Both the position numbers and the translations under genes were made by a program. A stretch of DNA of 64,000 bases from Paragordius varius (Eukaryota; Animalia; Nematomorpha), in NCBI GenBank assembly GCA_964247055.1, contig OZ176052.1:2418001-2482000 (forward strand), written 5' to 3'. The notes below the pieces were generated by a model. The model did no database searches. It worked only from the letters and a program-made list of their open reading frames with translations, and was not told where the DNA came from. Positions 1 through 13,512 of the stretch are shown here, piece by piece; positions within the stretch are counted from its first letter, which is position 1; every line of letters starts with the position of its first letter.

Positions 1-300
1 ATATTGTAATGTGGGGAATACTATTGCCTTGATTAATCTGATTTTGGTTTTTAGTTGGATGATGTGGCATCCAAATCCTGTTGTATATGAATGTAAATGC
101 TTTTGCAAGGGCAATTCTTCGTTTTATTTCTGATGTAGAGTTGTTGTCATTGTTCGTAATACTGCTCCAAATACGTGTAACTGTTTACGATTTCAATCTG
201 ATTTCCGTTGTGGATTATTGAGTTAGTTAATTAAGCTACATGTATTACCTTTGTTTTATTAAGTGAATTTTAATCCGAATTTATTGCATTCAGATGTTTT
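1..300 (-). mobile_element. Decayed RTE-clade LINE fragment, C-terminal RT region; continues off the left edge of the window
   Basis: Minus strand, with frameshifts, reads ECNKFGLK..NKTKV..IHNGNQIEIVNSYTYL..NNSTSEIKRRIALAKAF..KTKIRLIKAIVFP, colinear with the RT C-terminus of the ORF at 23696-24607. Confidence 0.8.
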
Positions 301-419
301 TTTTACCAAAAATATTGATTTTATACCTTCTCCGAACATTAGACATAATTATATTATATTCCTTACATACCCTTAACATATTTCTCATTAAATTCTCCCA
401 TTCTAAGCACATTCTGTTT

Positions 420-2550
420 ATGCTGAAATCACGCAATCTCAGCATCCGTATCGGAACGTGGAATTTACGCGGAGCTTATAACAATAATAATTTAGATATA
501 GTAGTTAAAGAAATGACCAAGCATAAAATTGACATGCTAGGAATTTCAGAACCACACATTCCCTCTACCGGAACTTTAAAATTTGACAATAATATACTGT
601 ATTACTCCGGCCATGACTCGTTTAAATACAACGGTGTCGGTAAGCTAGCTAATTTATCTGACATTTTTAATCCAATCCATAAACATATAATTGCAATCCG
701 CATACAAACAACCCCTCAACCCATTACAATCTTTCAAATTTACGCCCCTACCTCCACTTACAGCGATGACGACTGTGAAAATTTTTTACAGTGATCTCGA
801 CTTGGCGATTTCCAAATATCAAAAAAGATATCATATTTATCTTAGGCGAATTCAATTCAATCATAGAAAAAGATAAAACGTCTTCTATGACGGGTGACAT
901 AGGCTTGGGCATAAAAAACGAGAGGAGATAGATTGATTGAATTTTGTGCTAACCATCGTTTCTTCGTCTCAAACACCTTATTTAAACAGCCCAAACGACG
1001 TCTATACACTGGCGTTCCCCGTGTCAGAGATACCAAATTCACTTCATATTAGGTATGGTTAAATATAAAAGTTCATTTAATAATGTCAAATGCCTACCAG
1101 GATCGGATTGCTTCAGCGACGCACAACCTATTGATCGCCAAACTCCGCATTAAATTACAACTCCCCAAAATATCCAAACCCACCAGAACAAGATTAAATT
1201 ATGATACAATTGACGACAAGTTTAGCACCGCTTTATCAAATCGTTTCGAGTGTCTTGATCATAATTCCGAAAACTATAACATTATAAATTCCTTTTGGAA
1301 CGCTATACACACAATCTGCAGAGATACAGCGGACGAATTTATTCAGCCTCTCAAACATACAAAACAAAAAATAAAATTGACAACAAAAAGTCGTGAGATT
1401 GCAGAAAAACGTAGAGAATCCAAAATCAAAGCAAATGGGATAGTACAAACAACTACAGCGAATTTTAAAAGATTACATGAGAGGACAAAAATAATTATTA
1501 TGACCAACTTGTGAAAAATTAGAAAGAGACGCCAAAAATAACCGAAACCCTTTTGCCCATACAAACAATATTATTCCACACAAAAAAGCTTTTTACAAGA
1601 GACCTACGAGAAACGACAACAACTCAATCGTCACCGAAAAAGACGAAATCCGCAACTGGCTTAAACACAAGTAGACTTTACAACGTAAATTATTCCCAGA
1701 CTATCAACGAACCTACTCAAGAGAAAGACCCACCTAAAATGAAAGAAGAAGAAGTTGAACACGCTATAAAACACTCTAGTATAGGCTATTCAGAGGGGCA
1801 CAGAGACATCCATACTGAAATAATAAAATATATCCCAATCGATATACTTACCAAATTATTTCAAAATATATTTGAGATGGAAATAATTCCTGAGGATTGG
1901 TGTACATCAACTATGATTCTTATTTTAAAAGAGGGTAATCCAGAACTGTGCGACAACTATCGCACCATAACGCTCATTAACCAGGTGGCCAAAGTTTTCC
2001 TAAAAATAATACAGTTTCGACTCAATACCATTCTTGACCCCGAGATATCCACGATTCAGGCTGGTTTTAGAAAAGGTAGATGATGCCGAGATATGCTATG
2101 CATATGAAGTGGATACTCGAGAACATCGAATTCAACAAAGAACTGCACATGTGCATTGTCGATTTTTCCAAAGCATTTTATTCCATCCAACATAATAAAT
2201 TAAAAACATTCCTAAAACTTGGGATATCAACGCATCTAATGAACGTCATATTCTCAATTTACTTAAATTCCACGGCTGTAATATCTACAACTCACGGTAT
2301 ATCTGATTCATGTAAGGTACAAGTCGGCCTAAGCCAAGGATGCGTTCTATCACCAATTCATTTTAACGCATACCTCGAATGCATAATAAATAACATCCCA
2401 GAAACTTATGGCATTAATTGTAGGTGGACTACTTACATCCGTTTATTACGCGGATGATACGGTCATATTCGCAGAGTGTAGACTCATTATCGCAAGCCCA
2501 TTTATGAAAAGCGAAATTTGGGAATGGCCCACATCTAAAAATTAAAATTT
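420..2550 (+). mobile_element. Decayed RTE-clade LINE: AP endonuclease plus N-terminal reverse transcriptase, many frameshifts and stops
   Basis: APE motifs GTWNLRG, DMLGISE, YYSG, IYAPT. RT motifs NYRTITLINQVAKVF, QAGFRKGR, VDFSKAF, GLSQGCVLSP, and YADD near 2447, spread over ORFs 294-794, 1083-1514, 1553-2083 and 2080-2457. Confidence 0.92.
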
Positions 2551-3055
2551 AATAAAAATAATGCTTATTTTATGCAATTATATTATAATTGAGTTTAGGA
2601 ATGAAGTGTGTTGAATATTTAACAAAATGCGCGCAAGTTTTGCGATTTTCTAATATAAACAGTTACCCCAAAACTGTAAATAACATTCTTAGATCACTCG
2701 TAAGAGCCAAAACTAAAAGCCTCAATAATCCTGTAACATATTCCTAACAGAATATATATTTTACCAGAAATTATAATTTGCGACACTGTTTACATATATA
2801 AAATTTCAAAGCTAATAATTTCGCAAAATCAAATTTAATTTTAAATAACAGTCGTTTAATCGGCAATCGTATTAGTAAAACATATTAATTATTTATATTA
2901 AAATATTGATCATATTATATTGATACTGTAAAATTATAAAAAATCGAAATATGTTATATAGGCCTAGCTGTATTTTTTTGGGTTAAGCCATCTGATGATT
3001 TATCCCACCATATGAGATATTACGGTAACCGCTGACATACTTTTTTCTCAAGAAG

Positions 3056-4969
3056 ATGTTGTTTTTTGTGTTATATGTCTGGTTTAACATATTATTTTCC
3101 CTGCTTAATGCCGATTGTTCAACTTATGGAATTTGCAAAGATGGTGGAAAAATGTTACCATGCAGTTATACTGGATCTCCGAAAACACTTGACCCAAATA
3201 CTACAAGTTTGTTGAGAGATATATGTCCACAATTGCCTGGAATAGATGGTTTATTTTTTAAATTTTATATATAGATAATAAAGTAAAAATGTGTTGTGAC
3301 AAAGAACAAATTCAAAATTTGGCGAAAAATATGAAAATACCAACTTCACTTTTACAAAAATGTCCCGCATGCCTTCAAAATTTTAAGAACATATTTTGCG
3401 GATTAACATGTCATCCTGAGCAATCAAAGTTTTTATTTGAAAAAAGTGTCATGGGCAAAACTGTTCATATTTTGGAATACCATATAACGGATCATTCCGC
3501 ACGTGACATTTATGGTTCTTGTAAGGATGTTTCCTTTCTCAATAGCAAAGTCGTTTACTTGATGTGTGGAAAGGCTGGGAAAAATTGTGATTATGAAAAG
3601 TTTTTTGACTTTTTAGGTCATAACAATCAAAACCCGTTAACGATTAATTTCGTGTTTGAATCTTTATCAAACTCCGATTCTCATCCTATATCTAATGTTG
3701 AAAAAATTGTTGATCCATATAATATCCCAGTAACACCTTGCAATCAACCAGTCAATAAGGTAATAATTTATAGTTTGATATATACAAATATAGGATTGAA
3801 TATCCATTAAATTATACTTGAAGGCTAAGACTACTTATTAAACAACAGAAGTTTTGCTTAAAAATTGTAAATTGTAACTTTTAAAACTTTTTTATCATCG
3901 TTTTTAAAATTGGGTGATAACCACCTATCGTGAGATAATTTATCAAAATTCTAACGCTTTTCTTAAAAAACATCAAAAAAATGTAGTATTATGGAAATTA
4001 TATCAGCGTTTTTGGGAAAATATTTAAATTAATATAGGATATAAAAAGTTTAGAGATGTTTATATACTTTAATTACCAATTTATATATATATATATCTAT
4101 ATCTATATATATTGATAACATTTTTTATTTAAAAATTTATTATTAATAAAACGATTAATTACTAATCTTTTGTTTAAACAATAATTTTGCGATTTTTTTA
4201 GACTTTATGAGTCATTTTTAAGCCAAATTTTGGGCAATTATTGTACATAATTGTTTTACCTTATACGATGGTTTGGTTTTTAATGTGCATGTTTTTATCT
4301 TGTGTGTTTATTTCAAATTCCTTTCTCATATACTAGACAGACCAGACTTCTTTTTGTTATTGACATAAAATGTATATTATCATAGTAATTGGAAATCGAT
4401 ATTTATAATTTCTTACTTACTTTTTTTATTTTATGCATAACACAATTTTCCGGATGTTATATAGTTGATAAAACATAAATATTACTTATCATATTTATGC
4501 ATTAATTTATAAAGGTAAGATTAACAAATTTGGTATTATATATATATATTATGGTATATGCGTGCGCATTTCTTAAAATGTTTTAAAGTTTTCTTTCTAG
4601 TTTAGTTTTAATACATAAAGCGGGAAATAATGATATATTATTGACAATTGTGACATTTGTGGTAAAATAACTTTTGTATGCCTAAATTAATTGATTTAAT
4701 GGAAATTTATTTTTCCTAAAATATCATTTGTTACCTAGGTATTTTTTTTATATTTTTGGATAAGTTTGGCTTTAAACATCTACGAGCCTATTAACTGTAT
4801 TATATGTGTTTAAAAATTTACAATATATATTAAAATTTTTTAATATTAGTGTTTTTTTTAAAGTAAATAATTATCATGTTTTCAATTATATGATTTAAAT
4901 TTTACCAGTGCAATAAATATTTAGTTAAGTTTTAAGTTAAAAAGACAAATTAATTATTGTTTAATTTGC

Positions 4970-5007
<38 letters not shown>

Positions 5008-8000
5008 TATATAAATTGTATTTTAGCAATTAACTTATATTGTTCAAATTTTATTTATGATGTTAAGAAACATGTAAATTTTCACATTATTGTTATGAGT
5101 TAATAATAAAAATGAGCGCAATTTTAAATTAATAAAGAATTTTTCAAAAATTTTAAGTTTCATATTATGCATATATATATATTGCATTGTGGATTGTTTA
5201 AAATTTAAATTATCTACATATATTTTTTAAAAAATGATTAATAAATTAATTTTAGAACTAGGCTTCATACATATATTAGCGGTCCTTAAACTTTCTTAAG
5301 GTGTGATTTATTTTTTGATCCATGAGATCATTTTTAAAATAAATTTGCAATGAACAACTTAATACCTTTATATATAATAATATTTAAAATCTTTAAATTA
5401 TTTTTTTTTTATAAAAAGTTGTGTTAAATTATTTTATTTAAAAGTTAACTGGAACGCCCAATGTTGCGCACATATAATTTTTATTTTTTTCAATCATAAA
5501 TAAAAATGCAGAATTAAAACAATTATCATAATGAATGAATATAGAAATATCATCGAAATAGATTTAAGTAGATTAGAATTACTGGAAATTTTTTGGTATA
5601 AATATATTGAGCATTTTAATATACTTTTAAATGTTTGTTTAATATGTTTATCGGGAATTCGAAATTAGACGTAACTTGTCAAATATTTTTTATAATGCCA
5701 ATTTGGCATGATGACCCTTTTTGAGAAGAATGAAATTGATTTTTCAATTGAATTACGATTGATATTCAGATTTTTCAATATTGATTAATTATTTAAATTA
5801 TTGGTTCACATTTTCAAAATACCCGAATTAGTTGTAAGTTTATAGGTTATCAAATTTGTTATTTAATAAGAAGGACTAGATTTAAAAATCGAAAACGTGC
5901 ATTATAATTATATTAAAAGTGCATTCATTAGATGGGTGCACTCCATTTTTTATAAAAACTTACTATATTATAAGAGGGAAAAGGGATGACTTTATAACCA
6001 AGATTGATCATAATTATTGTGCCCACGTTTAAATTTTAATAATTTTATATATCGAAAACATCTAAAATATTAGCTCTTAAATTTAAATATCCACATAAAA
6101 TTTTAGAATGGACAAAAGGTGGGCAGTCCATGTGACTGTAAAGATTGTGCTTCAGCCTGTATTGACCCTATGCCTGTCTTACAACCAGATGGACCTGATA
6201 GCGATGAAGACGGTTTCTTATGGTGGTACATTTTTGATTCTGGTATAATTTTTGAAAAGATAATTATAACTTTTATATACCATTTACAATTCAAATTCAT
6301 CTTTGAACAATTGATTTACTCCCTTGAACATATATACCACTCACAATTTGAACAATTCAAATTCATTCTTGAACATATATACCATTCACAATTCAAATTT
6401 ACCCCCTTGAACCATTCAAATTCACACCCCCTTGAACAATTCAAATTCACACCCCCTGAACCATTCATATTGACCCTATAATAAATTATGTGTTTTTTAA
6501 GATTGAAAATTACCTGTATTTTTTATCATCCTTTTAAAAAATGATATTTTGTTTAAAATTAAAATTATACGGAAAAATAAATATACTAAGCCATAAAGTT
6601 TATTTCATATTAATAATAATGAGTTATATAATAGCGCGAAAACACATAATTGTTTTTTAGGGGTAATTTGTATTGTTCAAGAAGATGTGAATTTGAATTG
6701 TAAAAATGGTATATTAAATTTTTTTTATAAAGAAGAATGAGTAAAAACACATGTTAGTTTTTTTCTAAGGGTCTGCATTTTGCTACCAAGTTTTTTTATA
6801 AATATGGTTGTTTAGTAGGGACCAATGTTTGTAAGGTAAAAATTTGTTTTTTTACTGCATTGTCAGTGTCGTATAATAGATAAACTTCACTGAAACTTTG
6901 TTTGTTTAAGAATAATAAGGTTGGTTATTTAAGAATAATTTTTTTAATTCTGAAATGTATTATTTTAATCAGTCATCTTAAATTTTATTTTTTTCTTTTT
7001 CACGCAAAAAATTGGATGGAGGAATAAAAGTAATTAATATTGAGTTTTTTTTAAAAATAATGTACAATATTTATAATCAACAAATGAATAATTTATATCG
7101 AGATTATATACTAACCATAAAACTCAGAGATAAGTAAGAAGTTCATTAATTTTATAAAATTTGGCATTTGTATGTATACTTTTATTCAACGATTAATGAA
7201 TTATTCTGCCAGCAAAATAACTTATAAATATAATTTTTAATTATATTTTTGCAACAAACTATCATATTATACAACGATAGAAAATATAATAAAATGAGAA
7301 CTTAAAAATCGATAATTTTAAATAATTCTTATAATTTTACTTAAAAAATATTTTTTTTCTGTGTTTTAGGAAGTCCCTGGAGACATACTATAGCAGGTAT
7401 GGACGCTATGATATTCATTATGACGATGTGTTTTGGCTGTTTTGTCCTTGTATTTGCCTGTGCGCTGGCTTGGAATGCCAAAGGTGGCGCTTATTTTTAA
7501 TGCTCTTAAAATTTTTTATAAAAAAATTGTAGAAATATTTTTTAGATAAGTTCATAATAATAAAAATAATTTAATATTTTTCAAAGGTATTTTATTTTGG
7601 CCCAATGTTCAATATGTGTAATCTAATTTCTATTATATTGAATTTATATAAAAAATTATGCTAAGAAAGATTATAATTTATGTTAATTTGGGTAGTTTAA
7701 AAATTTTGATAATCCATGCAATTATTAAAATCTATTATTTTATGCGTTCAAGTAAAAATCAAAATTAAAAAGATAAAAAACATAAATCATAGTAGTTTTA
7801 AAACCAAGTATTTTATACAACCTTTATTTTTTTATGAACAACCCTTTGTTTTGTCGAAACGAAGAATAGAGATGTAAATTAGTAATATATGGGTTAAGTA
7901 TTAATATAAATCAAAAATATGTTTTTTTCCTTATAATAGAATATATTATTTTTATTTATATATATTTTAGCTTCGAATTCAACTTTTATTTCTACGGCTT

Positions 8001-11000
8001 TTGAAAGGGAACCAGATGCATTGAAAAATTTGTTGTTGAGCCAAAATGGTACAAATACTGACAATGATGCTAATATAAATGGTAATAATAATCGATTTAC
8101 GGCCCCTGTATATGCTAATGACCAATTAGATGGAACTGGTATAATTTTATACGTATTATTGGGAAAAGATTATAATTTTAATTTTTGAAGGATTTTGTTT
8201 GTTTCTCATATAATAAAAATAAGAGATAAAAAACATAAATGAGTTTTGATAGATATGTATATTGTATGGTATAAAATGATATTTTTTAGGATATATATCT
8301 ATGAGAGTTTATTATTATTTTGGTTGAAATTTTGATATAAATTTCAGGATTTCTTTTATATATATATATATTAGAAAGATTGTTAATTTTTAATTAAAAT
8401 CATCCTCATCATATTAATTTTTTGTAGATTTGGGTGCGGATAATTTTTTTTTATTTTTTCCTTTTATTCATTTATAATGTTTTTTTGTCTGTAAAAGACT
8501 AAGAGTGATTTTTGGCTCATAAAATTTTATTTTGTCAGTTTGAAATAACTAAAATATTTAACATAAAATCTTTTTTTATAATATAAAACGTTTTAGATAA
8601 GGTTATCATCACGGTTTACTTAAAATTTGCAGACCTAATCCATATTTTATTATGTATTATACGAATTTATATATTTTATTTTAAATCATAGGTTTTTTGT
8701 CACCCGCTTCCCCGGGTCATAAGTTACGACAGGCTTCAGATAAATTCCTGAAAGAATTTGTTATGTTAAGACGTACAGGATCTCCTCTTCATAAAATATC
8801 GCTTAGGCGAAAAGGTGGTCCTGAATCCAAAAGTACATCAAAATTGCTATTGGCTGGGAATGGTAATACGGATACAATGAACAGTAATAATGGTGAGAAT
8901 AATATCAAGAATAATGAAATGCTGCCTCCTAATGTAAAAATGGTTGGAAAAAGTGAGTTTTAAAGCTAACTAAACTTTAAAATCTAGAAAATTTGGGTTA
9001 TAATAATGTTTAATTTGAGTGTATTTTATGTATTTGGGTAAAAACTCAAAAACAATTAGGCTGTCAGATGCCTTTTATAAATATTTATTTTTAAATCAAT
9101 GCCAAAACTATGCAAATTAATAAATAATAGGAAAATGCTTTATTTATAAACTTTTGTTTCAATATATCGACATTTATAATTTAAGCGTTTAAAATGCAAA
9201 AATTACATTTTTTATTCATAAAATTTCGCGAAAATTTGTTTAAGGGGGTACCTTTTTGAATGTACGACTTTAATTAAAGTATTAGTTTTTTTACTAAAAC
9301 GCATAGTTTTGCGCATTTAATTTTATGATTGTTTTTGCACAGATGAAACAGTATTTCTATCGTCTCATAAAAATTCTACCCTGTTTGGTATTGGTGACTC
9401 TGGTGATAATCACGATGATATAATTGCAGCATCACAATCCCCCTTTCAACGTTACGTTAGTAAACGATTTCGTGATTGGGCTTTTGTATGCGCTCGTTAT
9501 CCTGGAACCATATTAACACTGGGTATTGTCACATGCATTATCATGTCTTGTGGACTAACGCTAATGCGTGTAACGACAGATCCTGTCGAGCTTTGGAGTT
9601 CTCCACAAAGTCGAGCACGCACTGAATTGACGTACTTTAATGAACAGTTTGGGTAAGGATTGTATATCTTTTGAAAGATTTTAAGGGTAGAATTGATTAA
9701 AAAAGTCGGTTAAGATATTGTAAGGATTTACGGGTAAAATTAAATTGATTTTTTTAGCAAAAGAGTCTGTCTGGTAAATTTGGACAAGATTTTATTATAT
9801 TTATTTTTGAATTGGTAAGCCCTAAGTTAATCAAGACTTTAAATAGTTTAATGAATTTTGACTTGAGATAAATGTATCTTGGGTAAGCCCTCATAAACTT
9901 GAACTTTATTAAGACATGTAACAAGATTAACTCTATTGTAGCTAGATTTTGCTTATTACTAAATTGGCGGGTGTAACTTTAACTTTTAGGGTCCGACATT
10001 AATACGAGTTTTGGTAAGTTAATTTTATTAATAAATGCAGGGTTGAAAGAAAATGTATTGATTGTAGGCGTTTTATAAAAAAATAACCATACATATTTTC
10101 AAATATTTGATGGAAATAACTCCCTTATTTAGGCCATTTTATCGGATTGAACAATTAATTCTCGTTCCCACTGATCAATCGTCAGTCATGTATGGTGATA
10201 AAAGTTTTGGACCGGTTTTTAGAAAAGAGTTCTTGTTACAAGTAATTTGCCTTATGATGCATTTTACCACCATTTTTTTCCGAAAAATATTTTTTTTACT
10301 AATTTTTAATTTATAGTTTTATAGAAATTTTTTTCACATTGATATTTAATTGCAATTATAACTAAACATAAATAGTAAAAGACATTGGCCAATAACCTAT
10401 CATATTGGATTGCGAAATAAGGGATTTAATATGTAAATTGGTAATATATTCAATTATATATTTTACACTGGTTGGTATTCATATAGGTCATATGAAAAAA
10501 TTATGGATAAAAAATATGGTTTTTTTTCTTAAAAATATTTTCTTTCATTTAATATATTATTTACATTCATTTTTTAGTTTATTTAAAATGTATATCAACT
10601 TATTTTTAACAGGCATTATCATTACAAAAAGCCATTTACAATATTAAAAGCTCCGTATCAACCAACGCCTTACATAAGAATAGAACAGTCATTACACTTT
10701 CTGATATCTGTTTTACACCCCTGAGCCCACTAAATACGAATTGTACCGTGCAAAGTTTGTTTCAATACTACCAAAATGATGTCGATTCATTGTTGACCGA
10801 TATTACGACCAATAAAATGCAACATTTCGATTTTTGTTCAAAGTAATTCCTTTTTTGTAGATATTTTTTATAATTTACAATCATCAATATATTTATTGGT
10901 TTTTTAATAAAAAAACCTTTGTAGTAAAAAATAATTACTATAAATTAATGTTGGATATGCAAAGAAATTTTTTTATTTTTAAATAAAAATCCATATTTTA

Positions 11001-13467
11001 GAAATCCCTTACTTTCTGACTCTGCATTTGGTGACAAACCTTGTTTAAGTCTTTTTGGTGGGCCCATAAATCCTTGGTTTGTGCTTGGAGGTTTCAAAGG
11101 TTATTATTTGTTATAATATATCCAGTTTTTCATACTGTGTATAAAAATAATTTTATATATAAAGTTTGCATTTTTATCTAATGCTTTTTTCAATAAGTTG
11201 ATTTTAATTATATAGAACTTGAAAAATACGCGTTAATACAAATAAAGAAAAAAAAACGATCTAAATTTATTTTTATCTGAATTTTATATGCATATTTTTG
11301 TTTTTTTAGGACGGTTCATTATAAAAAATATATGGTTTTAGGTTTTTGTTGTAGATTTTCCAACATATTGATTTTAACAAAGAAAAAAAAGTTTTATCTT
11401 TAATATATCATATGTTTAAATTTAGGTGATGAGTATAGCGGTTCAACAGCTCTAGTCATAACATTTGTGGTCAATAATGCACCTTCCAATCAACTTTTGG
11501 CCCAGGCTTGGGAAAAAGAGTTTTTAATTTTTTCTTCTATTAAATTTTTTCTTTTTTTCTAAAAGGTAAAATTTTATACTATTGACTTTTTTTAAGGTTT
11601 TTTAAATTAAAACCTGCGCTTGTTAGCTAATGTTAATCATTAGGCACTTTTTCGATTTAATAAGGTGGAGTTATATCGTTTATAATTGAATGTACATTGT
11701 GTTTATCCAAATAGATAACATTAAATGAATGATATTATCAACGAGAACGAATATTTAATGTTAAAATAATAATCAGAATTCTCGTAAAATTTGTTAAATT
11801 AAACTATATTCAAAATTTTCAATACACACATGGTAGTATTTTTTTGCTGGATGAAATAAAAGCAAAAGAAATAGTATTGATAAAATATAATTAAAACAAA
11901 ATATAAAAAAATAATTATAAAAATCATATACACGTTTCCGATTTTCAAACTAGGTCCCTAGGTTTTAAGTTATAATCGTTTAAGGTTAATCATAAACTTT
12001 TGCTTTCCAGAAATATGTAAATTTAAATTACATATGACTCTTTTATAATTGATGAGTTTTTAAAAATACAAATCGCTTATTAATCTATAAGTTAATGCTA
12101 ATCATCATGCAATGTTTTTAAAGGGAAGTCTACATTTTTTATAAACAATTAGTTTAGGAGTATTTGGTAGAAAATAATCATTTTTAATAAATTCCATATT
12201 TTTTTGAAAAATTTTTTTTGCAAAAAACTTAATTTCATAACATCATTTTATTTTATTTCGATGCAGATCATGAGCTTAATATTTTTTCTCACATCACCTG
12301 AAAAATCTATATATAATTTTTTATTTTACCCATTTAGATTTTTGATGTTTATGAAAAATTACAGCAACCCATTGTTCACTGTTACTTATCAGGCTCAAGT
12401 ATAAGTTTTTTTATATTATAAACATCTAATATAATATAATTCTTTTTGCCAAAAAATAACGATTGAAAAAAATTATGATTTAGTTTTCAATTTCAAATAT
12501 AATATTTTTTTTAATATTTTGAATTAATGTGCTATTTTAGCGTTCAATACAAGATGAAATTGAACGGGAGAGTCAAAGTGATGTCAACACCATATTAATC
12601 AGTTATTTCGTTATGTTCCTTTATATATCCATCGCTCTAGGCCATTTCCGTAGTGCTAAAACATTTCTGGTATTTTATTTTTTCTTAATACAAAGTTATT
12701 ACAGGGTATTAAATTAAAATTATTACGACGACAAAGCATAAAAAAGGAAAATACGAACATTTTTTTTGCAAAAAAAACAACAACAATGTTATATAATTTA
12801 TGTATTGGTTATCGAAATAAGGATATTAATGGAATAACAAGCGCACTAAATTGCATATATATTTCACATTTGTAATCATAAATTAGGATCAAGAAATATG
12901 AATTGCAAAAAAATAAGGCTTTTACTTTGTTGTGTTGTTTAATAATGATTTAGATGTTTCGATAGATTATTTATAACTTTACCTTTTATTAAAGATTCAC
13001 GGAAAATAGTATCATTTTCATTAAATAATATAAATTTGTATGAATATTCTATTGATTGTGCTTTTAAAGTTATATCCCTATTAAACCAATTTTTTTTATA
13101 ATTTTTGTTCATTTTTAGTTTAACTTACCATTCAAAACTCTCTCTTACCTTAAAAAAGATGTCCCAATTTGGATATAATTAATTTTGATACTTTAAATAT
13201 TTAAACCAAAAAATCATATATAATTTTCCAGATTGATTCTAAACTTTCGATTGGGATGGGGGGTGTACTTATAGTGCTAGCCAGTGTTACCAGTTCGCTA
13301 GGAACGTTTTCTTACATTGGAATACCGGCTACGTTAATTATTATGGAGGTTGTTCCATTCCTTGTTTTAGCTGTTGGGATTGATAATGTTTTCATCATGG
13401 TACATCAATGTAGGGTAAGGTTTTTATATATAAAATTAGAAAATATTTGTTCATTTGTATTACATAG

Positions 13468-13512
<45 letters not shown>

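Noticed and set aside
3140-3310. NPC1 NTD has LPC where human has YNC (sterol-binding Asn41)
   Set aside because: The Gln79 equivalent is kept (CCDKEQ), and I recall Pro at this site in yeast Ncr1, so it is not clearly unusual.
6119-6481. 120-aa ORF with repetitive HSQFEQFKF-like C-terminus
   Set aside because: Only 6107-6212 is NPC1 exon 3; the rest is read-through into the intron and the MITE A2 subrepeats.
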